NCBI GenBank assembly: GCA_963575745.1
Contig: CAUYUJ010000003.1
Coordinates: 1,116,001 to 1,180,000, forward strand
Direction: 5' to 3'
Length of the DNA: 64,000 nucleotides
Source: Prorocentrum cordatum
Lineage: Eukaryota
The notes beneath the pieces were generated by a model. It had not been told where the DNA came from. It did no database searches and saw only the letters and a list, made by a program, of their open reading frames with translations. Shown one piece after another: positions 11,690-23,270 of this stretch; within the stretch, counting starts at the first letter, position 1, and each line of letters begins with the position of its first letter. A program made the translations under genes and the position numbers.

Positions 11690-14543
11690 CCTTCTTGCGG
11701 CGCAGGTACATGCAATCTTGTCGGCTCAGGGGACATTGCCCCTTTTGCCAGCGTCGGCAGATGACGGACTTCTTGAGCCTCCCATCTTTCATGGTAAGGG
11801 AGTCCTTGTCCCCCCCACCAGTCTTGTCGCCGCTGGGTCTTGCCCCTCGCATGTTGATCTGCTGTGTTGGATCCTCCTGTTATCTTCTCCCCGGTCCTTC
11901 AGTATCTGGTTTGCAATTCTCCCCAGCAACCATTCATGCGACTTCATGCCCTTTCCGTACTTGTCGTTGCTGTTGTCATACATTGCAAGATTCATCGTCA
12001 TGCAAGGGCACTTCTTCTTCTGTTTTTAGAAGTGGTTCTCTATGGAGGGCCTGAAGGACTTGTGGGGTGTCTCCATCCAGTGTCACCCTCATCCATTCAT
12101 CGTAGAAGTGGTAGAGGTCGCGATCCGCCTCTTTGCCTTCCCTCTTGATCTAGATGGCCATAAGGTCCTCGTAATTATACACCTGCCATGGTCTTCGCGA
12201 GTAGTGACATGGGTTTGAATAGTGCGAAGAATCTATCTTCCTGCAAGTAATCCCCCGTCCTTCATTAGGGCAGAGTCAGCGAGATCAACCTCGTTAGCAA
12301 GGTGCCCTAAGGCATGAGGAGCACTTGGGCCCCTTTGAATATCATTAATGTTCGCGATGGGGTCCGCAGCTATCCGTATGTCCAGGTTCCCGAAATAAGG
12401 CCCTGGGTCTTTCAGAGCCTTTGCCTTGACCTGTTCTGGCTCGAATGCCTCGGCAATCCACTTTGACGCCAACACATGATTTTGTTGCGAGCTCGATGCC
12501 ACCGCTCGAATGACAGATTTCTTCCGCATACGGAAGGATCCCGCGTCTGGCAGCGGGTCCAGAGATATCTTGTCGATTCGATCTGCCGCAATCTACGGTG
12601 TCACCACAGGTACCAGACTGCCGGAGTCCGGGAGCCCTGGGCCCCCGCCTCCTCCTCGAGGTCCCGAGGGCGGTGGTCCCCCACCCCCCAGATCGCCTTG
12701 CCCGGCTCTCTGGGCATCGGCGTATCGTCTGACTCTACGGTTCGCAGCATCCTCATCTTCTTCCTCGGAAGATTCATCATCCTCGTCGTCGGAATCTCCT
12801 TCCTCGGAATCCTCCTCTTCGGAGTCGTCTTCATCGTGTGAATCGTCTTCGTCGTCGTCATCGCCGTCGCCGCCATCATCAGGGTTACCGCCCCCAGGCA
12901 CGCGACCGGACGCACCCTTCTTCTTCCCCGGCCCGTCTCCGTCACCGTGGGCACTGCCCTGGTGTATGGGGCTGATCGCCATCCCCTGCGAGGCCCCCCG
13001 CAATGGCCGCGGTTTTCTTCGGCCGGGCTGGCGTGGTGCATCCAGGGAAAGTGCTGACAGGCGGTCCGTTCGGTTTCTTTTTCTTCCTTTCTTCCTTCTG
13101 TTCCTGTGTTCTGCTAGGGGCCAATTCCCTTTGATGGCTGTCATTGTCACTGGCCTTGGCAGCGGCAATCTCTGATTCTCTCATTATTGCCTCCGCCTTT
13201 TCGCGCATCTCCTCAGCCTGCGCTCGCGCTGGTTTCCCCATCGCGTGCGCGCGCTGTTCGGCTTTCCCTTCAAGCTCGTGAATGCGTCGAAGGGCTACTG
13301 CCTCTTCATTGGCCCTTTGCTTGTCTCTGGACCGATTGGCTTCTTCCTCTTCTTGCATCCTTTTCTTCACCATGGCTTCCTCCTCTTCATGCTGTCTTCT
13401 CAGCGCTGTCTCATGGTCACGCATGCGATCAAACTCGCACTGCGCGCGCCGCCTCATGACCCAATCAAAATGTTGTTCACAAAGCTGCCTCTGGCATCTT
13501 TCGCATGTGCGCGGAGCATCGGCCACGTGGCATGTAAAGCACCTGGTTGCATCTGATGTAGCCGGCCTGGATCGTGAATCCTCCCGCTGGGACATCGCCC
13601 CACGAACGGGGCAAATCCGCGTCGCCGATGCGGAGACGGCCCCCCTTGCCGCGCTTGTCACACCTTGGAGCCCTTCCTGCGCCATTTGCATGGCCTGTTG
13701 TCTGTAGGATTGTTCACGACGTGCTTCCCATTCCTGCACGTTTGATACAGCTTCTCTGTGGAGACGCTGCTTTGTCTCCTCAGCTTCGGCCTGAGCTTGC
13801 ATTTCAGCTCTCCGCAGTGCTTGCATTGCCTCTTCTGCCTCGGCTTTCGCGTTTGCGTGACCTGCCTGGGAAGGTGCCACAACTATCTGTGCATTATGTT
13901 GCAGCGATTTCAACTCCGTCGCCTTTCGTAGGGCCGCCTCGTGTTCTGCGAAAACTTCTGCCCTGACTCGGACCAACGCTTGGGCTTCTCCGCATGCCTC
14001 CCCACGAATCGCCATAGCTGAATCAGAAACACGCTGGAGTTCGGCCTGCACACTGGCTGCCCCAATGTGTGCCTTCCTGGCTTCGTTCTCCATCTGTTGC
14101 TGTTTTGCCTGGGCTTCCTGTAGGGCCATATCTGCTGTCCTCTTCGCCTCGACAGCGTTCTGTTCCAATCGGCGCCCCTCGGCGATGGACTTGGCTGCGA
14201 TCTGTTCCGCCTCGGAAACGGACCGTTCCTGCGCCGTGGTTGCCTCTCGGAGCTTGGCGCGAACCTGTTTCTCGAACTTCGCGCGGAGTGCTTCCTGGGT
14301 CTGTTCCGCGACCGCCTGTTCGGCCCTTCTCTGCTCCTTGGCCCATTTATCTGCTTTTAGCGCAGCCTCGTAGAGGACATCCTTCTGCTCCTTTTCCCTT
14401 TTGAGAATTGCATTAAGCTCATGTTCGGCCTGCTGTGCCGCCCGTTCATCCTGTGGACTCTGCCTTGCTTCCATGTCTGCCATCATTGCGCGCATGGCCG
14501 CTATTTCGGAAACGCGCTCCTGCTCAAGTTGGTTTTGCCTCAT
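11690..14543 (-). pseudogene. Decayed Gag-like region: long coiled coil, acidic/Gly linker, capsid-like segment, CCCH zinc finger
   Basis: ORF 12942..14543 (E/A/Q/R/K-rich coiled coil). Then 12233..12529 (KWIAEAF...LDIRIAA...LLAGR*IL), a YNYEDLMAI segment near 12155-12180, ORF 11789..12001 (KSHEWLLGRI...NR) and ICRRWQKGQCPLSRQDCMYLR (about 11700-11763, final His read as Arg). Resembles dinoflagellate LTR Gag from memory. Several frameshifts. Confidence 0.6.
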
Positions 14544-15732
14544 TTCCTGTTGCAGCTCCCACTCGCGGTGTTTTCACGCAAAGCAATTGCGTTGCTTCGG
14601 TGGCAGACATTCCCGGCAAAGATACGCGAGATTGCACGGGCCACATTGGACGGAACAGCCCCGGCACACGGGCTTCTGACATGGTAGATCATCGGCAGTC
14701 CTGCCCGGGCACCGACTCTCGTGGCCCAGCTCGCACGCCGGCCCGCGATTCGCACATGACTCCCTAATTGAGAATCGAGGCGTTGATGATCTGGACAGGG
14801 AAGGCCCGTGAACGGACCCCCGTGAATTGCGACTTCGGCCGCCCCTCCCCGACCTCGACCTCCTGGAAATCGAGCCGGGTGACTCGAATAATTGCCTTCC
14901 ACGGGGTTTCAGATCAGGGGCCGGCTCGGGGCCCTCTTGGCCACTCGAGCCGCCAGGCTCGGTCATCGGGCGCTTCTCGCACGGAGATTGCTTCGCGTCC
15001 ACCGGGTCGCCCCCAGGGGTTTATCCGCGACGTGAATCTCTATCCCAGACCCCCCGGGCGAGGCCGCGAGGTCCTTTGACGTCCGACACTGCCCCGCGGG
15101 CTTTGTGACTTCCCCTTTCTCCGGACATAGTCCGCATCCCACTTCTCCGGGGCCCGATCGGACGCCGATCCAAAACTCTTCTCGGACGAGCTCGACATCG
15201 CCATCGCCTTCGCAGGCGCGGCGACGCGCGCTGTCGTCGTCCTCGCCCATGAGCTGGAGTTCGCGACATAGGCCTGATCCACGTCCCCCAACAGCGGGTT
15301 GCGCGGGCAGGGCTTTCCCCCATGCCAATCATCCTCCTCGTCGATGTCATCGCCTCGTATTGGGGGTGTCTTCTCGCCCACGGTTCACAGGGGTATCATC
15401 ATTTCCCGATGGCTCACATGCTGGAGACGGGGTTCGTCTATTGGCGAAGGGGTTCTTCTTGATCAGCTTCTCAATGGCCTTGTCATCCTCCTCTGCAGGT
15501 GATATTGGTCTCTCAGGTGGTTGATATTATGCAGCATTGTTGCCTTTGTCTCTCGGATGCGTTGCGAGGTCGACTTCGCCGGTCCGTCGACTCGTTCCTA
15601 AAACATTTCCATACCTTTGGGGCTGGCCCCCCCTCCCGTGTTCTTCTCCACGTTCACGGAGGTACTCGTAGTTGCCCCATCTTTATTGACGTGGTCGACT
15701 GCCCATAACCCAGAGCCTTCGGCTGATAATCC

Positions 15733-16016
15733 ATCTTTACCCAACTTAGGCCCAACCAGGCCAATATCGTCAAGTAAGGTAGTCCTCAGTGTTGGGGCCC
15801 ATGCTAGCTGGTCAATGGACATCGTGGAATGTAAAAGGATATGTGTTTCCCGTTAAGCTTTGGGAAAGGAAAAAAACGCAGTATGAGCACGCGCGCGCGG
15901 GGGCGGGCGCGGGCCGTTTTCCTCTCCGAACCACGAATAGCTGCAGACAGCCAAGCATGTGTCTGCGTACGTGGTTATACATACATCGACGGCGGCAGGG
16001 AGCGCATGGTAACGAT
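15733..16016 (-). repeat. 5' LTR of the Tpt1-carrying element
   Basis: Copy of 6406-6688. Imperfect inverted termini ATCGTTACC...GGTAAAGAT on the - strand. Confidence 0.8.
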
Positions 16017-16151
16017 TTCCTCTCGTGCTCAGCTTCCTGCGGAAGCATTTGAGGCGCCTCCGAATGTTGTTGAATCAGGCGGGCACTCTGGGCCAACAAC
16101 ATCAATATTTCCTTCTCTTTCTGATGCCGTGGAGGCCGGTCCACCCATCCA

Positions 16152-16280
16152 CAAGAAACCCGACCCTGAGACCCCAGGACGCCCATTGATTTGTGGCGTG
16201 GGAACGCCCACTTTCCACAGCAAAACCATCGAAACCCAAGGAAACCCAGGGCACCCTGGATGCATATAGGGTGTTTCTTG
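16152..16280. mobile_element. 129-bp MITE-like repeat, copy 2
   Basis: Colinear with 3259-3387 and has the same termini. Confidence 0.55.
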
Positions 16281-16999
16281 GCATGGGCCTCCACTGTACT
16301 TCATCTGGGCAGCCATCAGCTCACCAAGGAGATTCTCTCTTGCGGCGGACCTTGCCTGATTCTTTTGTTACCATTCCAGGGACATGGGATACTGGCAGTT
16401 GTGTTCTTGTAAATCAATGCAGTCCTCAAACAGCCAGACAACAATGCAATGCCTACTCGGCAAAAATATTACCCGCGCGCTGGCCTTCGAAATGGGCAGT
16501 TTTCTCTCCCCGATTTTCCCGGTCAGCGATTCTCTTTTGCCGTTCGGGATGTATGATCCCCGGGCCCAAGAGGGTATACAATTATTTTGTTTGGAACAAT
16601 CCCCGCCGAAACCTTCGGCGTTTGTTCCCAACGGTGCGCGCGCCTACTGGAACGACGCGCGCGGGGCCCAGCGGTCTCGGCCGGCGCGGCGGCTGGGCCA
16701 GGTCGCAAGGCTATGTTCCCCGAAAGTCTTGCAGCCCCAGGGCCCCTGACGAAAGAAACCAAACCACGTCCCTGGAGCGGCAAACCAGCCCCCAAAACGA
16801 GTTTTGCGCAACCCCAAAACTTGTTCGGAGAGAATACGCAGCCTGTTGAAAGAAAAAAGGAAGAACAACTACAGTTGGACGAGAAAGAGGCGGGCGACGA
16901 AGGAGGAGGAACTGAGGCGGACATTTCCCTCCGCCTCCTGATCCGGACGCCACGTCCTCCTCTGACAACGGGTCGCATGTCGCGTTTGACCAAGACGCC

Positions 17000-19040
17000 G
17001 TGAAGTGGTGGCTGGCGTTTTCGTGATATTGTGTTTTATCCTGGTCGGTTCGTTTTTGACCCAAGGTCGTATCTGGCAATATGTTATGCGATCTTTTGTT
17101 GTGGACTGGCCAGCGTGACGTCGTGGCGCCTTTCGCCTTTGTTATGGTTGATATTCGGTCGTGGGTGCTACTGTTTATCTATATGGCCAGCCTGGGCTTG
17201 GCGCGCGCGTCGCGTATGATGGGCCGCCCGAACTCGGTCTTTGCTGAATTATACGCTATCGCGTTGTGTTCATGTCTCATCTGTTCTATATGCATATGTT
17301 CGTTTCTGTTGCGATATCGACGGGGCAGCGCGACGTCGCGACGCCCGTCGCGCTTGATATGTCGTCTAATCGGTCGTCGCCGCGCCTGCTTCTTCCCGTG
17401 GTCAGGCGCGGGCGCGACTGCGCCCTTGATTCGCCGTTGCTGTCTTTAGCTGTGTGCAATTATGTTACGCTCGATCAAACATTATCCTGCGTTGCTACCA
17501 TATGTTAAATTATGTAGCCGACGGGGCGGCGTGACGCCGTGACGCCTGTCGCATTTTACCCGTCGTCCGATCGGTCGTTGCTGCGCTTTTTTTGTGCTCT
17601 TGGCCAGACCGACTTCGGCGCGCACCTCGCGATTGATTCTTCGTTGGTACGGCCTAGTATGTCATGATGTTATTATTCGACTGTATGTGTCCTTTCAGTT
17701 CGCGTATGCTCTGTTATGATCAACTCTGTCATCGTGCGAGTTGGCATGGCATGATGTGACATGCCCTGTGGCACCGCGTGGTGACATCGGATCGGTTATG
17801 CTTACGCCATTAACTCTGATGTGGCTTAGGGTGTGATCAGTTCGTTATTCTATGCGACATGGCGTTCTAACAAATCATGGTATATCGATATCGTTGCCGC
17901 GGGGGTAGCGTTAAACTAATAATTATGCCTTGGTATGCTGGTTACGGTGCGGTGCATTCGTTATATGATTCAGATTTCATAATGTTCGATGGCACTGTGC
18001 TCTATTGTGCGTGTTTTGTTCCCGGCGGGCGACCGTGACGCCGCGGCGCCTGTCGCGCTAGATACGTCGTCCGATCATTCGTCCTTGCGCCTGTTCGGTC
18101 CTGTGGCCAGCCTGGCCTCGCAATGCTTTGTCATGTTATGAAACTCTGTGAGCCTGTGAATATGTGTTCTGTTGTAATGTGGTACGCCATGGTGTGTAAT
18201 GGTATGATATGTCATACTACGCTATGCTATGGCGTGCCCTGGCTTCGGGTGCTCTGACATATGAGGTGTTGTTATGCTCTGATTGCTTCATGAAGCCATT
18301 GCATGATTTTTTCCTCTGCCGTGTCCTCTTACGCGCCGCTATGGCATGCTCTGAATTGGTACGCGCTGTTATGTTATGGTGGCCTGCTACATTGGTATGT
18401 GAAGATATAATGTTTGTCGCGCTACGTCATGGTATGAATTGTCGTTGTTTGGAATGGTATGTGTTTTGATGGTGTGCTACGGTGCGCCGTGTTATGTCAC
18501 TGTGTGGTAATATGAGATGTTATACCTTCGTCTGCTATGGTATAATATGATATGGCATGACATGACGCGTGGTGTAGTGACACGTTATGCGTGACCTTTT
18601 ATGTCATAGAATATAATGGTATGCTATGCGCTGCTCTGGTATGATGTCGCGTCATATGCCGCGCCCTGTCATGCGATGATATGTCATATGTGTTGCTGTG
18701 TTGTGTGTGGCGTTGTATGTGCCGCGATGACGTGCTATACCATGACATGCCATGCGTTGCGAAGCTGTGGCATGTCCGGTTTGGGCGTGCTCCGGCCAAC
18801 GATGTTTTCATGTGGTACGATTGCTGTGCCATGATGGACGGTCCTCTGCGCTGTGATGCTGTGTTATAGTATGCACGGATTTGCCATGGTGTGCCATGAC
18901 GCGACAAGGCATGTCATGATTTGGTATGTTTACGCTCGGACATGTTATGTTATGTGGTGTGCCGGTGCGTTCTGCGCTGTCATAGTTTACGGTGTTGTGC
19001 TGCGCGGGTTCCCCCTACCATTTACCACCGCTGTCATGTT
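17000..19040. repeat. Degenerate TATGT/CATGT pentamer-rich region with a recurring GCGTGACG..G.CGCC.GTCGC block
   Basis: Block recurs at ~17113, ~17327, ~17529 and ~18033. ORF-poor. Confidence 0.55.
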
Positions 19041-19929
19041 ATGGTTTTTACGCGCGGAGCGGGGCTTTCGGGGATACTCGGGGGACCTGGGGATCTGGCG
19101 GCCGCGGTGTGCAGAAGGGCGCGGGGCGAGGGTTTCGGGGGCACTCGGGGGCCCCGGGATCTGGCGGCCGCAGTATGCAGAACGGTGCGAAGTGGGATTT
19201 TGGGTCGGGAACCTGAGGAGTTGGTTCCCGCGGTGTGCACAGCGGCTGGGTCGGGGGGTCTGTTCTTGACACCTAACGACCCCAACCTGTCGGGCGGTGA
19301 ACAAAAAACATGCTAGAGGACGGTCGTCAAAAAAGGCCGGTGGAACCGCGACTGCTCCTTGATCTAGTGCGATCCATTTAAGGATGTCCGAGTTTGCCTC
19401 TGCTGACGGGGATCGGGGATCTTGGGGGAGGAGTATATATATATACACACATATACTAGAATCATCGCGCGCTTCGCGCGCTTTTTGATTCTAGCCGAGG
19501 TCAAGGACAACTCGAGCCAAACTTCGTCGAACCGCGTCCGGAGAAAATAAAAAAAAAGTCGACGGAAGACTCGAACAAACATAACAGAGCTCGTCCTTAG
19601 AGCTCGTCCTTAGCGCTCGGGCTGCTTGATTAGCGTCATTGTCGTTCGCGCTGCTCTCTGATCGACTAAAGTCCGCTCAAAAAGACCCCCTGGGGCTGAA
19701 AACCGAAAGACCTCGTCGAACCTCGATCCTCGATCGATCGGTCCTCGACTGGCGCCTGCGACGACGAGCGCGACGACGGCGGAGGCGACGACGACGACGG
19801 CGGCGACGATGATGACGACGACGGCGGCGGCGCTGACGACGGCAAGGGCGACGACGACGACGACGGCGGCGCCGCCGCCGTCGCCGTCGAGGTCGTCGCC
19901 GTCCCTGCGCGGGGGGCGGGCCGCGGGGG

Positions 19930-21000
19930 GGTTCTTGGAGTCTCTTAGGGGCCTCTTTGGGGGATCTTCCCCTCCGTAAGCCCCCGCTGGGTTTGGCCTA
20001 TTGGGGGATCTCTTGGGGGCCTCTTGGAGCCTCTTAGGGGCCTCCAGGGGCCTCCTGGGGCCTTCTTGGGGCGGAAGGGTCGGATTTTCGGGTCGGGCTC
20101 CCCCTCTTGGGCTCCTCTTGGAGCCGTTTTGGAGCTCTCCTAGGTCGCATTGGGGACCTCTTGGGTGTCTTGGCCCCCTCTCGGGACGTCTTCGGAGCCT
20201 CTTGGGCCGTTTTGGGACTCTCTTGGGGGCCTTTTGTACCGTCGTCATCGCTGCGAAGACCGACATGTCGTATATGCTAAAAATATACGTTTCCAATGCA
20301 AAATCAATGAGTTTGGCCTCCGGGGACCCTTTTGGGAAGCCTCTTGGGGCGTTCTCGCGGTCTCTTGGGCACTGTGAGAACCGTCTTGGGCGTCCAAGGG
20401 CTAGCTTTGAGCGCTCCGGGGCCGCCGTGGAACGCTTTGGGAGCCTTATGGGGCCCTCTGGCCACGCCTTGGCCGCCTCTCGGGCTGTCTTTGGCCGTGC
20501 TGGTAGCCTCTTGGGGCCGTCTTTGGGGCCTCTTGTACCGTCGTGCGCGCCGTGAAGACCGAAAAGTCGTAGGTGCTGAAGATGTATGTTTTCTAATGCA
20601 AAATCAATGATTTGGGCCGCTTGGGGCTCCCTTGGAAAGCTTCTTGGGGCGTCGTAGCGGCCTCTTGGGCTCTATGGGGGCCATCTTGGGTGCCCATGGG
20701 GCGATCTTTAAGAGCCCTGGGGCCGTCTTGGACCGATTTGGGAGCCTCTTGGGGCGCCGTGAAGACCGAAAAGGCGCTGATGCTAAACATGCACGTTTTC
20801 CCATGCAAAATCAATAATTTTGGCTGCTTGGGGCTCCCTTGGAAAGCAGCTTGGGGCGTTGTAGCGGCTTCTTGGGCCCTATGGGAGCCATCTTGAGCGT
20901 CCAGGGGCGATCTTTGAGCGCCCCGGGGCCGTCTAGGACCGGTTTGGGAGCCACTTGCGCCTCCCTGGGCACGTCTTGGCCGCCTCTTGGCCCGGACAGG
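19930..21000. repeat. CTCTTGGGGC-based repeat with three higher-order units
   Basis: GAAGACCGA...ATGCAAAATCAAT recurs at ~20255, ~20554 and ~20761. Confidence 0.75.
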
Positions 21001-21073
21001 AGCGTTCCCGGAGCCCCGGGGCGGCCATGGGGGGCGCAGGTACCGGCCTGGCGGCCCCGATTCCCTTCCGCCA

Positions 21074-21144
<71 letters not shown>

Positions 21145-23054
21145 CATATATATGTATGTATATATACATATATGTACACATATTTACATATATATATATA
21201 TGCATGTATATATATACACTCTCACTTTTCCACGCCCTGGGCTTGACGGGTTGAACCGGTCAAATAAACCCTGCAGCCTCGAAACTGACGGGGTAATGGG
21301 ACACCGCTGCATGGCCCCCGGTTGAATCAGTAGTTTGCACTAGCGAATCATATGCCTCTATACTGTTGTCACATAGTCATTTCGGTTTTTCTGGGAACGG
21401 AATATCCCCAAATGGGTCCCTCAGATGTTCTATCGTATCTGACTCTCGGGGGCTCAGTACTTCAACCGGTGACCGAAAGATTCCCTCAAACTCTGCTCTC
21501 CCAAAAGCCTGCGACCGGGATACCTGAGGGATGGTTGAACCAAACCCCGGCATACCGACGCACTCTGCTAACACCATGCCGCGATCGTTAGCTAAACCAC
21601 CGTTCAAACCGATCGCCTGGCTCGCAGCATTGCGGGATTCTGCTTTCAATGATGAGTTCAACAAGCTGATCTCTGAATCGATGAGCGCGGATAACTCTCG
21701 ATCAACGTCCAATTCCCTCAAGTCGGTCTTATCTTGTTGTATGAAGGGGATCATGATTCGGCATGTGTATCAAAGGAAACTCTATTGGCATCATGGATTG
21801 TGTACCGCGGCGCGGCTGACTAGCCAAGTCGTCGATGTGAACAACATCAAGACGCTCGGCAGCTGATAACAACTTCTTGGCCAAAGGGCCCTAATATTTT
21901 GACCTATTGATTGGTAGATGACCTTGTTGTACTATAGACACTTGGTCTCCATTCTCAATGGCTGGAACCTTGACCGATGACACGTCTGACTAACAATATC
22001 CGGTAAACGAATCTACTGTAGTCGATATGTGCGTGCGCGAAGGCGCCACACCCGGGAAGAGGAGAGGGCGCGCGCGCGAACCGTTTCATCTTGAAGCAAC
22101 AAACACAAAAAACGTTCGGCATAAGTCAATGGCCCACGGCAGCAAATTACGACGGCGGCGTCGGCGGGCGACGGCATGGATGGAGTTATATTAACTTTCT
22201 CTAGGATCGATCCTCCCCCTCATCGCGGACCCAATTATACAATGTACCATCTGATTCTGCGTCCCAGCGGCACTTCCTAGACGGCCCCAGGGATGCATTG
22301 ACGAGTTCGTGCCCCCACCCACCACACCAGCCCAAGACAGCCCAAAGGCCCCCAGGGAAGCCTAGAGGCTCCGAAAAGTCCCCCCAGAAGGTTCCAAACA
22401 GATCCCAAGAGCCCTCATACGTCTCCCAATGAGGTCGCCCCTGGGGCCTCCAAAGGGCCGCAAGAATCCACGCAACAGCAGCGGAGGAAAAAAAAAAGAC
22501 GAATCAACAACACCTACACGCAGGCAGCGCGAGAGGAAGCGGCAAACACCACATACAACATCGTAAGTCACACAGATCCTCGTTTAGGGGTCAGCGGAGT
22601 GGCCTGAGCCTCTTGAAAAACGAGGGACTCTGGCGATACATAAAAGGAGACGAAGTGATGAAGACAAGGAAGAGGACGAGGCAAAGGGGGGAGGGCTGGA
22701 TGTGAGAGGTAAGAAATAGGGAGCAGGACGAGAAAGCAGGCGGGGGGAGTAAGAAAAGGAGGAACAGACAACGAAGACGTGGAGTGAGGAGGAGTCGGGA
22801 GAAAGAGGAGGGAGAAGAGGAGGAGGAGGAATGTGATGGGAGCAGTGAGGAGAGGAAGAGGAAGGAGTATGAGAAGGAGGGGGGCAGTTCGGAGGAGGGA
22901 GAGGCGTAGCGAGGAAACGGGCAAGAATTTCACTCCCCCCCATGTTTGTCCTGGGCATACCGCTCGGATTTGAACCCTTCGGAGCCCACTCGGGGACGAA
23001 CGATATTACACGGAGGGCAGGAGAACCATTCCACCTGTCTCTTGACAGCTGATG

Positions 23055-23270
23055 CCTGAGCCCTAAGCCCTAAGTCCGAAGTCCTGAGCCCTAAGCCCTG
23101 AGGCCTAAGCCCTGGCCCCTAAGCCCAAAACCCTAAGACCTGGACCCTAAGGCCTAAGGCCTAAGGCCTAAGGCCTAAGCCCTGACCCTAAGCCCTGGAA
23201 ACACTAAGCCCTTGGCCCTCAGTCCTAAATCCTAAGCCCTGAGGCCTAAGCCCTAAGCCCTCAGCCCTAC
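23055..23270. repeat. Interstitial telomere-like array (CCCTAAG)n, degenerate
   Basis: About 30 heptamers: CCCTAAG, GCCTAAG and CCCTGAG. Confidence 0.8.

Larger units (their letters stand above)
6406..16016 (-). mobile_element. LTR-bounded retroelement, apparently non-autonomous, carrying a Gag-like/CCCH/Tpt1-like polyprotein
   Basis: ~283-bp direct repeats at 6406-6688 and 15733-16016, roughly 90-95% identical by eye. TTCC lies on both outer flanks (6402-6405, 16017-16020). On the - strand a purine run GGGGGGAG abuts the downstream repeat and TGG overlaps the end of the upstream repeat. Frameshifted - strand ORFs fill the interior. Confidence 0.75.

Noticed and set aside
12510..14400. Plus-strand ORFs over the Gag-like region
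   Set aside because: Antisense shadows of the - strand ORF.
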